Part shown: one piece after another, positions 27,237 through 36,807 of the stretch
Numbering within the stretch: the first letter of the stretch is position 1
Layout: each line of letters starts with the position of its first letter
From: an uncultured Candidatus Bathyarchaeia archaeon
GTDB taxonomy: Archaea > Thermoproteota > Bathyarchaeia > Bathyarchaeales > Bathycorpusculaceae
Length of the DNA: 64,000 nt
NCBI GenBank assembly: GCA_964655395.1
Contig: CAZZMT010000108.1
Location: 9,427-73,426, forward strand
Direction: 5' to 3'
Translations under genes and position numbers: made by a program
The notes under the pieces: generated by a model
Told to the model about the DNA's origin: nothing
Database searches by the model: none
What the model saw: only the letters and a program-made list of their open reading frames with translations

Positions 27237-29912
27237 CTACATGAAGCGTTCCAATTTTGTTAGCCCAATTATCTCTTCAAAGTCTAAGCCCAATGCGTCT
27301 AGGACTTGGTCGAAGGTGGAGTGGAGGTAGGCTATGTACTTGTCTACGTCTATCTCGTTTTTGGTTGCCAGCTCCACGGGTTTCACGTGGGGTTCGTTAA
27401 CCACTTTCACGAAACTTATCAGGTCGCCAGCTTTGAGTTCCATTCCGCTTTCTTTTAGAATTTTTGCCGCTTTAACATGTTGCGGTGTTGTTTTTGTGTA
27501 GCGTTCCAGTTCTTCGCCTAAAACCACGTTGAAAGCAAGTTCTTCTAGGCTTTCCCATTCCCGTCTTTTTAGGCGAGTGTAGCAGTCTCTGATTATTTGG
27601 ATTATGTCTTTTTTCGCCTTTTCAAAGTCCGCTGGAGTCTTCACCATGGCTAGGTGTTCCTTCATTTTGTCAAAAGCCTTCTTGATGAATAGTGGGATGT
27701 GGCGTTTTTTTCCAGTTAAGCCCTTCACGTCCACGCTTCCGTCTTCTAAAACGCCTAAATAGTTCTTTTTGCGGGAGCTGAAGACTGCGTAGCGGTAAAC
27801 CTTGTCCACGTCTAAGCCCATTTTAAGCGTTTTTTCAGCCCATTCTTCAAGGGCTTGTATCTGCTCTTTTGTCGGGTTCTTCAGGAAAACGCTGTCCGTA
27901 TCGCCATAAAGCACTTGAATGCCCAGTTCCTCCGCTTTCTTGATTATTTGGGTTATGGAGTGTCTTCCAATGGCAGCGGTGGCTTCAGCTACCGGCGGAC
28001 AATAGAGGTCGAAGGTTTCTGCGCCGAAAACCCCGTAGCTTGCGTTTAAAATTACTTTTAAAGCGCCTTGGATAATGTTGTACCAGCTTCTAAGCTCCAG
28101 CGGAAGCGTCTTGTCTTTTGACTTGGGCTTGTACCAGTAAACCCGCAAGTCTCGCAGTGCACCGATTAAGAGGCTTTCTAGGGCGCGTTTTTTGCGGCAA
28201 ACCCAGTGGGGCGTGTCTGGCACAAGGTTTGATTGGCATTCCGGATGATTGCATAAAATTGTTTGGTAGCCGAGATTCCAAACCTTTATTATGGATGGGT
28301 ATAGGCTTGGGAAGTCCATGACAGCGACATTAAAGTGGACGCCGGGCACTGGCTCAACGACTATGGCGCCCTTATATTTTTTGCCCTTAATTATGGCTTT
28401 TGTGGCTGTTTTTCCCTTCAAGGCTAGGATGTCTTCTGCGTTTGGAATCAGCATGCCTCTTCTGCGGTGTTCACGGTGCATGAAGTTTCTTATCCAGCGG
28501 GAGACTCCTTGACGACTCACGTCTTCCATAGGCATGCTGCTTATTCTAGCCAAAACGAGAATCAACTTCAAAACAAGCTCGTCGTCGAAGCTTGTAAGCT
28601 TATAGGTGATTTCCGCGTCTCTGAAACAGTATTTTGCAAGCTCCGTGTACGTTAACTCGCCTATACTCTTTTCCAAGGGGATTTTGTCCAACCCTATTAG
28701 GGCTTTTCCAACATCGCCTAAGGTGACGTCGCGGTAGCGGTTGTTGAAGGCGTAGATCTGAATGGAACGGTTGAAGAAGAACTTGTAAAGGTCTATGTGC
28801 ACCCCGTACTTCAACAAGCAGACGCGTTTTCCAAGCTCTATTGGGATTTCATCCCTCTTAAAGCCGAATTTTTCCGCCCGGTGTGCCAAATACCTCAAGT
28901 CAAAGTCGTCGCCGTTAAAAGTTATGATGAATGGGTAGTCCCACAAAACTTCGAAAACAGTCCGTATTAACTGTTCCTCAGAGTCAAAAAACTCCGTCTT
29001 CACGTCTGCCGGCAAATATTCCGCTCCTTCGCGAACACCTGCCCGTTTTAAAAGAAGCACCCGTTTTTGCCCGTCTGAGCCATAGACTGAGACGCAGACT
29101 ATTGGGTATTCTGCAACGCGGGGGTCCGGCATACGTGTGGGAATGGGCGACTGCACTTCAATGTCTATGGCGGCGTAGCGAAACTTAGGCGCCGGATACT
29201 CTAACAGCCTAGCCCACTGCTCGATGTATTCAAGCTCCTCGGCAGACGCATCCTTAAAAGTGCTAACTATCTGTTTGACCATGTTTTCCGCTTCATTCAG
29301 AAATGTTTGGACTAAACTGCCATTTTTAACCTCGTAAACCATGCCAGGCAAAAGCCCACGGTCATAAATGTAGGACTGGTAATACTTTATTTTGGCTTCC
29401 CAAACCTTTACAGACTCAGCTGGCACCGGCACAATTTTTGGAAAATCTTCCGGAATAACGTCCCTAATACAGCCCTTTGGACGTCCGCCAATCGCCAAGG
29501 GATCTTTAGCCACAACCCTTGTAACCGTAACCGTTCTGTCCAAAAGGGGATCGTACTTTTCCTCGATTTCGAAATGGTCAAAGCCTGGATGCTTAACCAA
29601 GCGGTCAATTTTCTCCAGTTCAAGAGGTGAAAGATTCGTGTAGCAATATGGCTTATGCCCAGTATTATCGTACCAGAAGTAAATTCGCCCTGAAACGGGC
29701 TCGTAAAGTTTTATCACTGCTTTTCCAGATTTTCCGTCGTAGGTGGCTGAAACAAAATAGGATGGTGGAAGATTTTCTGGGGCTTCAAAACCCCGTCGCT
29801 GTCGCTCTTCTTCTAAGGCTTTTGTGAAGGGTAGAGCTTCCACTTCCTCTTTTTTGGGTGTAGTTGTTTCAATTTTTGAGAATTCGTCGAGTCGTTTCTG
29901 TGTCAGCTTCAT
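27237..29912 (-). CDS. polB: family B DNA polymerase
   Basis: 891 aa with exonuclease motifs (AIDIEV, FNGDDFD) and polymerase motifs (SLYPSII, KVILNASYG, YGDTDS). No intein is present. Confidence 0.95.
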   Translation of the reverse strand: MKLTQKRLDEFSKIETTTPKKEEVEALPFTKALEEERQRRGFEAPENLPPSYFVSATYDGKSGKAVIKLYEPVSGRIYFWYDNTGHKPYCYTNLSPLELEKIDRLVKHPGFDHFEIEEKYDPLLDRTVTVTRVVAKDPLAIGGRPKGCIRDVIPEDFPKIVPVPAESVKVWEAKIKYYQSYIYDRGLLPGMVYEVKNGSLVQTFLNEAENMVKQIVSTFKDASAEELEYIEQWARLLEYPAPKFRYAAIDIEVQSPIPTRMPDPRVAEYPIVCVSVYGSDGQKRVLLLKRAGVREGAEYLPADVKTEFFDSEEQLIRTVFEVLWDYPFIITFNGDDFDLRYLAHRAEKFGFKRDEIPIELGKRVCLLKYGVHIDLYKFFFNRSIQIYAFNNRYRDVTLGDVGKALIGLDKIPLEKSIGELTYTELAKYCFRDAEITYKLTSFDDELVLKLILVLARISSMPMEDVSRQGVSRWIRNFMHREHRRRGMLIPNAEDILALKGKTATKAIIKGKKYKGAIVVEPVPGVHFNVAVMDFPSLYPSIIKVWNLGYQTILCNHPECQSNLVPDTPHWVCRKKRALESLLIGALRDLRVYWYKPKSKDKTLPLELRSWYNIIQGALKVILNASYGVFGAETFDLYCPPVAEATAAIGRHSITQIIKKAEELGIQVLYGDTDSVFLKNPTKEQIQALEEWAEKTLKMGLDVDKVYRYAVFSSRKKNYLGVLEDGSVDVKGLTGKKRHIPLFIKKAFDKMKEHLAMVKTPADFEKAKKDIIQIIRDCYTRLKRREWESLEELAFNVVLGEELERYTKTTPQHVKAAKILKESGMELKAGDLISFVKVVNEPHVKPVELATKNEIDVDKYIAYLHSTFDQVLDALGLDFEEIIGLTKLERFM

Positions 29913-29985
29913 TCCTTACCTAACCTTTAATATGTGTTGGGTAGACTAAAATCTTACTAAGCCCTTTCCAGGCGGGCTGTGAAGC

Positions 29986-31338
29986 TTGCTTAAGGAAGCT
30001 TGGACGTTAGCCATTGAAGCCCTAAGCTGGATGGAAAAAGAGCGTGTAAGCGAACGCCTAGCCTTGGCTCGGACAGCCAAACAGTTGGAAATAAGCGATG
30101 TGGACGCTTTACGTTTGGCTCATGGGCTTGTATGCGAAACAGTGCGCCGCCGAAACATGATAGACCGTTTCATAAACGAAATTTTGAAGCCAAAAGCCCT
30201 AAGCGATTTTTCCTTTGGCGTCCAGTCTTTTTTGAGGCTTTACGTTTATCAGACTCGAGTAGCGAAAAACTGGGATAAAGTGGACTTGGAGGAAGCCAAA
30301 AACTTGGCTGGGCTGGCGCGTTCAATTTTAGGATGGCGAACCCTGCAGCCTGTTGAACCCTATCTTGGGCTGTTGTTGACTGAGAGCCCAAATGTTGTGT
30401 TTAAGGGTGTGGGCGACGAGGAGCGGGTTGGGCTTTTAACTTACCATCCCACTTGGTTTGTGCGATATTGTTTCCGTTTGTTCGGCAGAAGGGAAGCCCT
30501 AGCCTTTTTGGAGGCAAGCGCCAAAACCCCGCCCACGTACATACGATTGAACACCATTAAGGGAAGCGAAGAAGAGATTCTGAAAAGGCTTGGAGAGGAA
30601 AAGGTTAAGGTGGAAAAAGTTGAGGGGATACGCCACGCCTACAAGGTTTTAGCCGCTAAGCAGCCCCTAACAAGAACCAAAAGCTTCCATGAAGGCTTGT
30701 TCTACATCCAAGACAAGGCTAGCTGTTATGCGGCTGAAGTGGCAGATCCAAAACCGGGCATGGTAGTATTAGACGTTTGCGCGGCGCCCGGCGCAAAAAC
30801 CACTTATCTAGCTCAGCTTATGCAGAACCATGGCGTAATCTACTCCGTAGACTATTCAAGGCGTAGAATGGGCGTTTGGAAAAACGAGGTCGCAAGAATG
30901 GGTGTTTCCATAGCTGAGCCAATAATTGCGGACGCGTGTAATCCGCTACCAGTTGCCGTTGAAGCCGACATGGTGATTTTGGATCCGCCGTGCACAAGCA
31001 CCGGAGCTTTCGCGAAAATTCCATCCGCCAAATGGAGGCTTACGGCGCGTTCAGCTGAGAAAATGGCTGAAATCCAGTGGCAGATGCTGGAAAACAGTGC
31101 AGAAAAACTGAAGCCCGGCGGCGCGCTGGTTTATTCCACATGTAGCATAACCGTCGAAGAGAACGAGATGTTGATTGAACGTTTTCTGAAATGGCATCCG
31201 GAATTCCAACTGGCTGAAATAACGCCAAAAATTGGGCTGCCGGGACTTCGAGGCTTAACCCAGTGCCAGAGGCTTTACCCCCACATCCACGAGTGCAACG
31301 GCTTCTTCATAGCAAAACTGTTAAAGAGCAAAGCATAA
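29986..31338 (+). CDS. NOL1/NOP2/Sun-family RNA cytosine-C5 methyltransferase (RsmB-like)
   Basis: 450 aa. NusB-like N-terminus, SAM motif VLDVCAAPGAKT, catalytic DPPCTSTG and YSTCS. Confidence 0.9.
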   Translation: MLKEAWTLAIEALSWMEKERVSERLALARTAKQLEISDVDALRLAHGLVCETVRRRNMIDRFINEILKPKALSDFSFGVQSFLRLYVYQTRVAKNWDKVDLEEAKNLAGLARSILGWRTLQPVEPYLGLLLTESPNVVFKGVGDEERVGLLTYHPTWFVRYCFRLFGRREALAFLEASAKTPPTYIRLNTIKGSEEEILKRLGEEKVKVEKVEGIRHAYKVLAAKQPLTRTKSFHEGLFYIQDKASCYAAEVADPKPGMVVLDVCAAPGAKTTYLAQLMQNHGVIYSVDYSRRRMGVWKNEVARMGVSIAEPIIADACNPLPVAVEADMVILDPPCTSTGAFAKIPSAKWRLTARSAEKMAEIQWQMLENSAEKLKPGGALVYSTCSITVEENEMLIERFLKWHPEFQLAEITPKIGLPGLRGLTQCQRLYPHIHECNGFFIAKLLKSKA

Positions 31339-31367
31339 ACAAGAACAATACGTTGGAGGCATGCAGT

Positions 31368-31658
31368 TTGAAAGGATGTAAACTCATCGGCAGAATCGTG
31401 AAAGTGGAAGGCAAATGCCCAGCAAGACACTGTGTCGGGGAAGAGTTCGACTTAACCCTTTACTCTGAAGAGGAAGACAAAACCTTCCGAACACCCAACA
31501 TTTGCGGTTTCCTCTACAACGTCATCTTCCCATACCTAGTCGCCTTACAGTTTGGCGGAGTCTTCCCATGGGAAAAAGACAAAGACCTCTACACAGCGGG
31601 CTGTCCAGACCAAGGAAAAGTCATAATAGAAATCAGAAGAGTCAAAAGCGGAGAGTAG
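31368..31658 (+). CDS. TIGR04076-family protein
   Basis: TTG start 7 nt after GGAGG. MKGCKLIGRIVKVEGKCPARHCVGEEF...ICGFLYNVIFPYL...GGVFPW...GCPDQGKVIIEIRR matches the TIGR04076 pattern. Confidence 0.7.
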   Translation: MKGCKLIGRIVKVEGKCPARHCVGEEFDLTLYSEEEDKTFRTPNICGFLYNVIFPYLVALQFGGVFPWEKDKDLYTAGCPDQGKVIIEIRRVKSGE

Positions 31659-31716
31659 GCTTATTCTACCCGTAATACTTATAAGCATTACTTTGATACA
31701 TACTTTTGGTATATCC

Positions 31717-31944
31717 ATGACTGAGAAAAGCGTAATTACTATTAAAATTCCATCAGACTTGAAAAAGAAAATGAGACAGTTGAAAATAAACTGGAGCGAA
31801 TACATCAGAAACGCCATCCAGAAAAAACTGGAAGAAGAAAGGAAAAGAGCAGCTTCAGTAAAGCTTGACGAGATAAGGGCTAGAAGCAAGCCAGTGGCAA
31901 CGGACGAGCTTGTAGCCTGGATAAGGGAATACAGGGAGAGATGA
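31717..31944 (+). CDS. vapB: VapB-type antitoxin
   Basis: 75 aa (MTEKSVITIKIPSDLKKKMRQLKINWSEYIRNAI), located immediately upstream of the PIN gene with a 1-nt gap. Confidence 0.75.
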   Translation: MTEKSVITIKIPSDLKKKMRQLKINWSEYIRNAIQKKLEEERKRAASVKLDEIRARSKPVATDELVAWIREYRER

Positions 31945-31945
31945 A

Positions 31946-32377
31946 ATGCCGCGCTATGTGGTTGACGCCAGCGTCGTTGCCAAGTGGATTCTCTCCGGCG
32001 AACCTTACCAAGAAAACACTGCAAAATTAAAGGAAGATTTTGTAGCCGGTCAGGTGGAGTTATGTGCGCCAGCCCTTGTTGTCAATGAAGTTGCAAACGC
32101 TCTCTGGCGGGCAATAAAGCTTGGGAGAATAACTGAAAACGACGCAAAAGAAGCGTTGAAAGCGTTGGGAGAAATGAAAATCGAACTTTACCAATCCTAC
32201 TGGAATGAGGCGTGTCAAGAACTGAGTATTGCTTGCAAGCTTGGTCTAACAGTCTATGATGCGGCATATCTCTTTCTCGCGGAGAAAACAAGAGCCAGCC
32301 TTATAACGGCTGATGAAAAACTATACGAAAGTGCAAAAGCCCATTTCAGAATTCTCCACATCAAAGACTATTTATGA
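31946..32377 (+). CDS. vapC: PIN-domain ribonuclease toxin VapC
   Basis: 143 aa. The N-terminal YVVDASVV carries the first acidic residue, and later conserved acidic positions are present (NE, YDAAY, TAD). Confidence 0.88.
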   Translation: MPRYVVDASVVAKWILSGEPYQENTAKLKEDFVAGQVELCAPALVVNEVANALWRAIKLGRITENDAKEALKALGEMKIELYQSYWNEACQELSIACKLGLTVYDAAYLFLAEKTRASLITADEKLYESAKAHFRILHIKDYL

Positions 32378-33309
32378 CGGTGTCTCCGCGATTTTTGGAT
32401 GCTTGCTAACAACTCGAAAATGACTTTTGCCGCTTGGACCGCTGTAACTCCGAAATCATAGTTTGGGGCAACTTCCACAACATCGAACCCCACAACGCGC
32501 TTGCCGCATATGCTGCATAAAATGTCCAGAAGTGTGGCTGTGTTCAAGCCGTCTGGTTCTGGGTTTTGCGCTGCTGGGGCGTAGGCTGGGTCGAGAATGT
32601 CTATGTCTATGGAAATGTAAATGTGCCTGTATCCCCCAAGTTTTTCCCTAAGCCGTTCTGCTGCTTTTTCGCTGCCCATGGCTCTTATTTGATGGGATGT
32701 TAAAAACTCTATTCCTGCTTTTTTCGCGTAGTTAAGTTCCTCTTTGCAGACGGCTCTTGTTCCAACTTCTAAGACTGCGGCTGGTTTTAGTTGCTCGTTT
32801 ATTCTCCGCATGAAGGTGGTATGTGAAAGCCTTAACCCCATGAACTCGTCGCGAAGGTCGAGGTGGGCGTCAAAACTGACAACGGCGGTTTGCGAAAGGT
32901 CGCCTCCCAACCCCTTTAAGACACCCATAGTTATGGTGTGTTCGCCTCCAATAACGACGGGCATTTTGCCAGTCTCCAAAATTTCGCCGACAACTTTTGC
33001 CAGCCTATCAAGTGTCTGCTCTGTGTCGGTGGAAACGTGTAAGTCGCCTAAATCATGGATTCGCATGTCTTCCACGTCGATGTCGCTGCGGAAACTGTAT
33101 GTTTCAATGTTTAGGGAAGCTGCCCGAATAGCGTTTGGTCCAAAACGTGCTCCGGTTCTAAAGGTGCTTGTGACGTCGAAGGGCACCCCTAAAACCACGT
33201 AGTCAGCCTCTTCAAAGCTTTTCTGAAAACCGCTGAAAACGTTTGATTGGGAAACAAAAAGCTCTCTGTAACCCATTTGCAGTGCTTCCTTTAGCTTTTG
33301 CTGTAACAT
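32368..33309 (-). CDS. speB: agmatinase (ureohydrolase/arginase family)
   Basis: 313 aa with metal-binding motifs GGEHTIT, DAHLDL and SIDIDILDP. Confidence 0.88.
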   Translation of the reverse strand: MLQQKLKEALQMGYRELFVSQSNVFSGFQKSFEEADYVVLGVPFDVTSTFRTGARFGPNAIRAASLNIETYSFRSDIDVEDMRIHDLGDLHVSTDTEQTLDRLAKVVGEILETGKMPVVIGGEHTITMGVLKGLGGDLSQTAVVSFDAHLDLRDEFMGLRLSHTTFMRRINEQLKPAAVLEVGTRAVCKEELNYAKKAGIEFLTSHQIRAMGSEKAAERLREKLGGYRHIYISIDIDILDPAYAPAAQNPEPDGLNTATLLDILCSICGKRVVGFDVVEVAPNYDFGVTAVQAAKVIFELLASIQKSRRHRHK

Positions 33310-33353
33310 TCATCCTTTAAATTCTAAAACTCTTTCGCTTCGGCAAAGGGCTG

Positions 33354-35036
33354 CTATACGCTTGAAACCAGAAATGTTGCGGCTGCTTGAGTGCGTTTAC
33401 GCCTTTTCAGATAGTAGGCTGTTGAAGCTAGTATGGCGAAGATGGCTAGCACCGCTAATAGAAGCCAGTATAGTGAGATGCCAGCGAAACCACCAGCTGT
33501 AATCGCCTTAACGGTGTAGTAGTTTTCCCTTGACCTTGCAATGTTCCCAGCGTTGTCAACACATTCCACATAAAAAATCACCGTGGCGCCTTCCTCAAAT
33601 CCTTGAATAGTGGCTATCCAGTTGCCGTTCTCCAAAGCCATGGTTGTTTTCTGCCACTCTTCACCAAGACGCTTAAACCATAAGAAGACGCCTCTAATTC
33701 CGCTGCCGTCCTCAGTTATTTGGGCTGAAACAGTCACCGTTTCGTTTGTTGTTGGGGTTTTAGGCGTCCACGTCACACTGTTTATTGCTGGCGCTGTGTT
33801 ATCCACAAAAACTGTTATCTGTTTTTCAGCCTTGTTTCCAGCCTTATCCAAAGCCATCAACGCGATTTCATGTTCGCCGTCGCCGAACTCCGTGGTGTTC
33901 CACGCGTAAACCAGAGTTTTTGCTCCCACCGCTTGGACTAAGCCGTCTATTTTCAGCTCCGTATATTCAAGGTTGCCGTCGTCGGCGCAAGCGTCAATAA
34001 GCACCAGCCCGCTGACAACACTATTGTCTACGGGCTTAAGAATTTCAACAATGGGCGCCGTGTTGTCCACGGTTATGGAGATAGTGTTTTCCGCTTTGTT
34101 TCCCGCCTTGTCTACGGCCTCCAGCCTCAGTTCGTGAACGCCGTCGCTAAGCAAGGTGGTGTCAAGCGCATGTGCATGTGTGCCCGTTTGGTTCCATAAG
34201 GCCAAAACCACCCCATCAAGCGCCAGTCTAGCTTCACAAAAATTATCGTCATACACGTAAAATTTGACATCCACCGTTTTTGATGCAAAGCTTCCGTTTT
34301 GGGGCGCGTGGAAAACGGCGACTGGCAAGTATTGATCTTCAACTTGATAGGCGTACACGTCTAGGGATGCAATGTTTCCAGCATAGTCAACAGCAGACAC
34401 CTTGTACTGAACAATTGTCCCATACGGAAACGCTGGAATCGCCGCCCTATACAACGCTCCGTCTGGCTCCATAACAATCGTCGTAAGGTTTCCGTCTTTC
34501 CAATAGGTTAGGCATAGCTTTTTTAAACCGCTGGCGTTGACCGGTTCCGTTGCGTTAGCTATCACTATGACGGTGTCGTTGTAGTTGGGTGTAGCTGGAA
34601 TCTGCTGGATATAAGTTATGACTGGAGGGTGAAAGTCGCCAACAGTGTAGGCGCACTCGCTGGAACACGCCTTATTTCCAGCCCTATCATAGGCGCAAAC
34701 CTTGTAGACTACTGTTGTATTGTATGGTAAGGCTGGAATCTCAGCGTAGAATAAACTGCCATTCCTGTTCATAACCATTTCAACCGTCTGCTCCCCGTTA
34801 ACTGTGCAGTATAGAGTTGCCTTGGCAACACTGCTTCTCAAATCCGTAATGTAGGCTAAAACTAAGACGCTATCCTCATATTCTGGATTTTGCGGGTGCC
34901 GCATAACCCAATGAATTTTTGGAGGTTTGCGGTCTCGGCGACCACACCCGCTGGCAAGCGGCGCATAAACAGAAACAACAATCAACACCACTACTAAGAG
35001 GGTGGTAAACATCATGTAACGTTTAGTTTTGTGCAT
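33354..35036 (-). CDS. cell-surface protein with repeated Ig-like/beta-sandwich domains
   Basis: 560 aa. N-terminal signal with a lipobox-like LASGC, at least four repeated ~90-aa modules (repeated VDNTAP... linkers, many NxS/T sequons), and a C-terminal TM helix followed by KRRKR. Confidence 0.7.
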   Translation of the reverse strand: MHKTKRYMMFTTLLVVVLIVVSVYAPLASGCGRRDRKPPKIHWVMRHPQNPEYEDSVLVLAYITDLRSSVAKATLYCTVNGEQTVEMVMNRNGSLFYAEIPALPYNTTVVYKVCAYDRAGNKACSSECAYTVGDFHPPVITYIQQIPATPNYNDTVIVIANATEPVNASGLKKLCLTYWKDGNLTTIVMEPDGALYRAAIPAFPYGTIVQYKVSAVDYAGNIASLDVYAYQVEDQYLPVAVFHAPQNGSFASKTVDVKFYVYDDNFCEARLALDGVVLALWNQTGTHAHALDTTLLSDGVHELRLEAVDKAGNKAENTISITVDNTAPIVEILKPVDNSVVSGLVLIDACADDGNLEYTELKIDGLVQAVGAKTLVYAWNTTEFGDGEHEIALMALDKAGNKAEKQITVFVDNTAPAINSVTWTPKTPTTNETVTVSAQITEDGSGIRGVFLWFKRLGEEWQKTTMALENGNWIATIQGFEEGATVIFYVECVDNAGNIARSRENYYTVKAITAGGFAGISLYWLLLAVLAIFAILASTAYYLKRRKRTQAAATFLVSSV

Positions 35037-35157
35037 GGTCTTCTCCTTTTCTCCAATAGCAAGGCGGACAAATACCTATAAAAGGTGTATTTCAAAACGG
35101 AAAATATCAGCGAAAATGTAAAACAATGTCTGAAAAGGCATATAATTTATTAACTAA

Positions 35158-35556
35158 ATGTTTCTGATAGATGCGTTAACTTGGAAGGCTGACCCTATGA
35201 GTTTAAAATCAAAGTTAAAAATTGAAGATGCCGGAATCTTCGCTGCATCCATCTTCCACGTAGCCGTGGGCGTTATATGCTTCGTTGTTCTTGCTACCGT
35301 TGACTTTGGACTTATTCATATAGGGCTTGTTGGCATAATCAGCTTAGCCACAGCCTACGGGCTGTTCCGGCGTAGGCTTTGGGCGTTATGGAGCATCTTC
35401 GTAGTCTCTTTTATGGCTACTGCTCTAGCGTTTTCAATGCTTTACTACACCGTTGGAAGCAACATTTTGCTAGACGCAGCCATGATTGTTTACTTGGTCT
35501 TAACGTGGATATTCACGGTTTATGTAGCCTCAAAAAGAAGTAAACTTGAATTTTAG
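35158..35556 (+). CDS. membrane protein (hypothetical, 4 TM)
   Basis: 132-aa hydrophobic ORF with no recognisable motif. Confidence 0.45.
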   Translation: MFLIDALTWKADPMSLKSKLKIEDAGIFAASIFHVAVGVICFVVLATVDFGLIHIGLVGIISLATAYGLFRRRLWALWSIFVVSFMATALAFSMLYYTVGSNILLDAAMIVYLVLTWIFTVYVASKRSKLEF

Positions 35557-35571
35557 GCTTAAATCCGCCTT

Positions 35572-36807
35572 CTACGCTCTTTTAAAAAGGTGAACTATAA
35601 CCTCCTCATTTTCGTCTAAAAATTGCCGGTTTTCTGGAATTTCTATGAAACCGTCAGCTTTCAAAAGGGTTGTTATGGCGCCCGAAAGCCCTGTTGGAAC
35701 GGGTTCCGCCACCAAGCGGTCAGCCTCCCTTTTGAGCCTAACAGTGATGAACGTTTTCCTCCCCCTGGCTGGGAACATCCGCGTGGAGGCAAAAGCCTTA
35801 ACTGTGGCGTACTCTGTGGGTGTTTTTCCCGCCATGCGCTCTATTACTGGACGCACAAGCAAATGGAAAATGAGTAACGCCGAGGTTGGGTGTCCAGGCA
35901 ATGCGAAAATGGGTTTTCCATCAATAACCGCCACTGTTGTTGGTTTTCCCGGTTTGACAGCTATTCCGCAAATGATGACGCCGGGTTTTCCAAGCCGGCT
36001 CAGCGTTGTTGGCATGACGTCTTTTGGACCGACGGAAACGCCGCCAGAGGATATGACCACGTCGGCTGTGGCTAACGCCTTTTTTAACGCTTTTTCAAGT
36101 TCCGTAGAATCGTCTGGAAAAACTCCAAGGTAGACTGGTTTTCCACCGCTTTCTTGGACGGCGGCGCTTAGGCTGTAGGCGTTTATGTCGTAAATTTTCC
36201 CAGGCGCAAGGGGCTTGCCGGGCTCCGTTACTTCCGCTCCCGTGGAAAGTACAGCCACCTTTGGAATCTTGTAAACTTTTACCTTGGCACGTCCAATGGC
36301 GGCTATGGCGCCTATTTCCCGCGAGGTTAAAAGCTGCCCTTGCCGCGCTAAGGTTTCGCCTTTCTTTATGTCTGCTCCAGCCTTCATGATGTTTTCGTCC
36401 CTTGCCACAGCCGTGTAAACGTAGATTTCGCCGTTTTTCCGCTCAGTGTCTTCAAACATTACAACGGCGTCCGCTCCATCTGGTATGGGGGCGCCGGTCA
36501 TTATTTCTGCGGCTGTTCCACGTTCAACTTTGACTTTTGGTTTTTCTCCCACATTCACCGTACCGCACAGCTTAAGTTTCACGGGTTTGTTTTCGTCGGC
36601 TCCGAAAGTGTCTTCGGCTTTTACTGCGTAACCGTCCACTGTTGAACGGTTGAATGGCGGGATGTCGATTTCCGCTGTGACATCTTCGGCTAAAACACGG
36701 TTGTAAGCCTCTAATAGGGGGATTTCCTCCACTCCTAAAGGTTTAGCCTCAAAACATTTTTGGATTGTTTGCTTCGCCTCTTCGAGGGTTAACAGCCTTC
36801 TAAACAT
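35572..36807 (-). CDS. moeA: molybdopterin molybdenumtransferase MoeA (paralog 2)
   Basis: 411 aa. FNRSTVDGYAVKAEDT, the MoCF-binding domain (VISSGGVSVGPKD) and LPGHPTSA are present. Confidence 0.9.
   Translation of the reverse strand: MFRRLLTLEEAKQTIQKCFEAKPLGVEEIPLLEAYNRVLAEDVTAEIDIPPFNRSTVDGYAVKAEDTFGADENKPVKLKLCGTVNVGEKPKVKVERGTAAEIMTGAPIPDGADAVVMFEDTERKNGEIYVYTAVARDENIMKAGADIKKGETLARQGQLLTSREIGAIAAIGRAKVKVYKIPKVAVLSTGAEVTEPGKPLAPGKIYDINAYSLSAAVQESGGKPVYLGVFPDDSTELEKALKKALATADVVISSGGVSVGPKDVMPTTLSRLGKPGVIICGIAVKPGKPTTVAVIDGKPIFALPGHPTSALLIFHLLVRPVIERMAGKTPTEYATVKAFASTRMFPARGRKTFITVRLKREADRLVAEPVPTGLSGAITTLLKADGFIEIPENRQFLDENEEVIVHLFKRA

Noticed and set aside
31545-32024. 159-aa minus-strand ORF across the TIGR04076/vapB/vapC region
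   Set aside because: It is antisense to three plus-strand genes with clear family signatures, and it has no motifs of its own.
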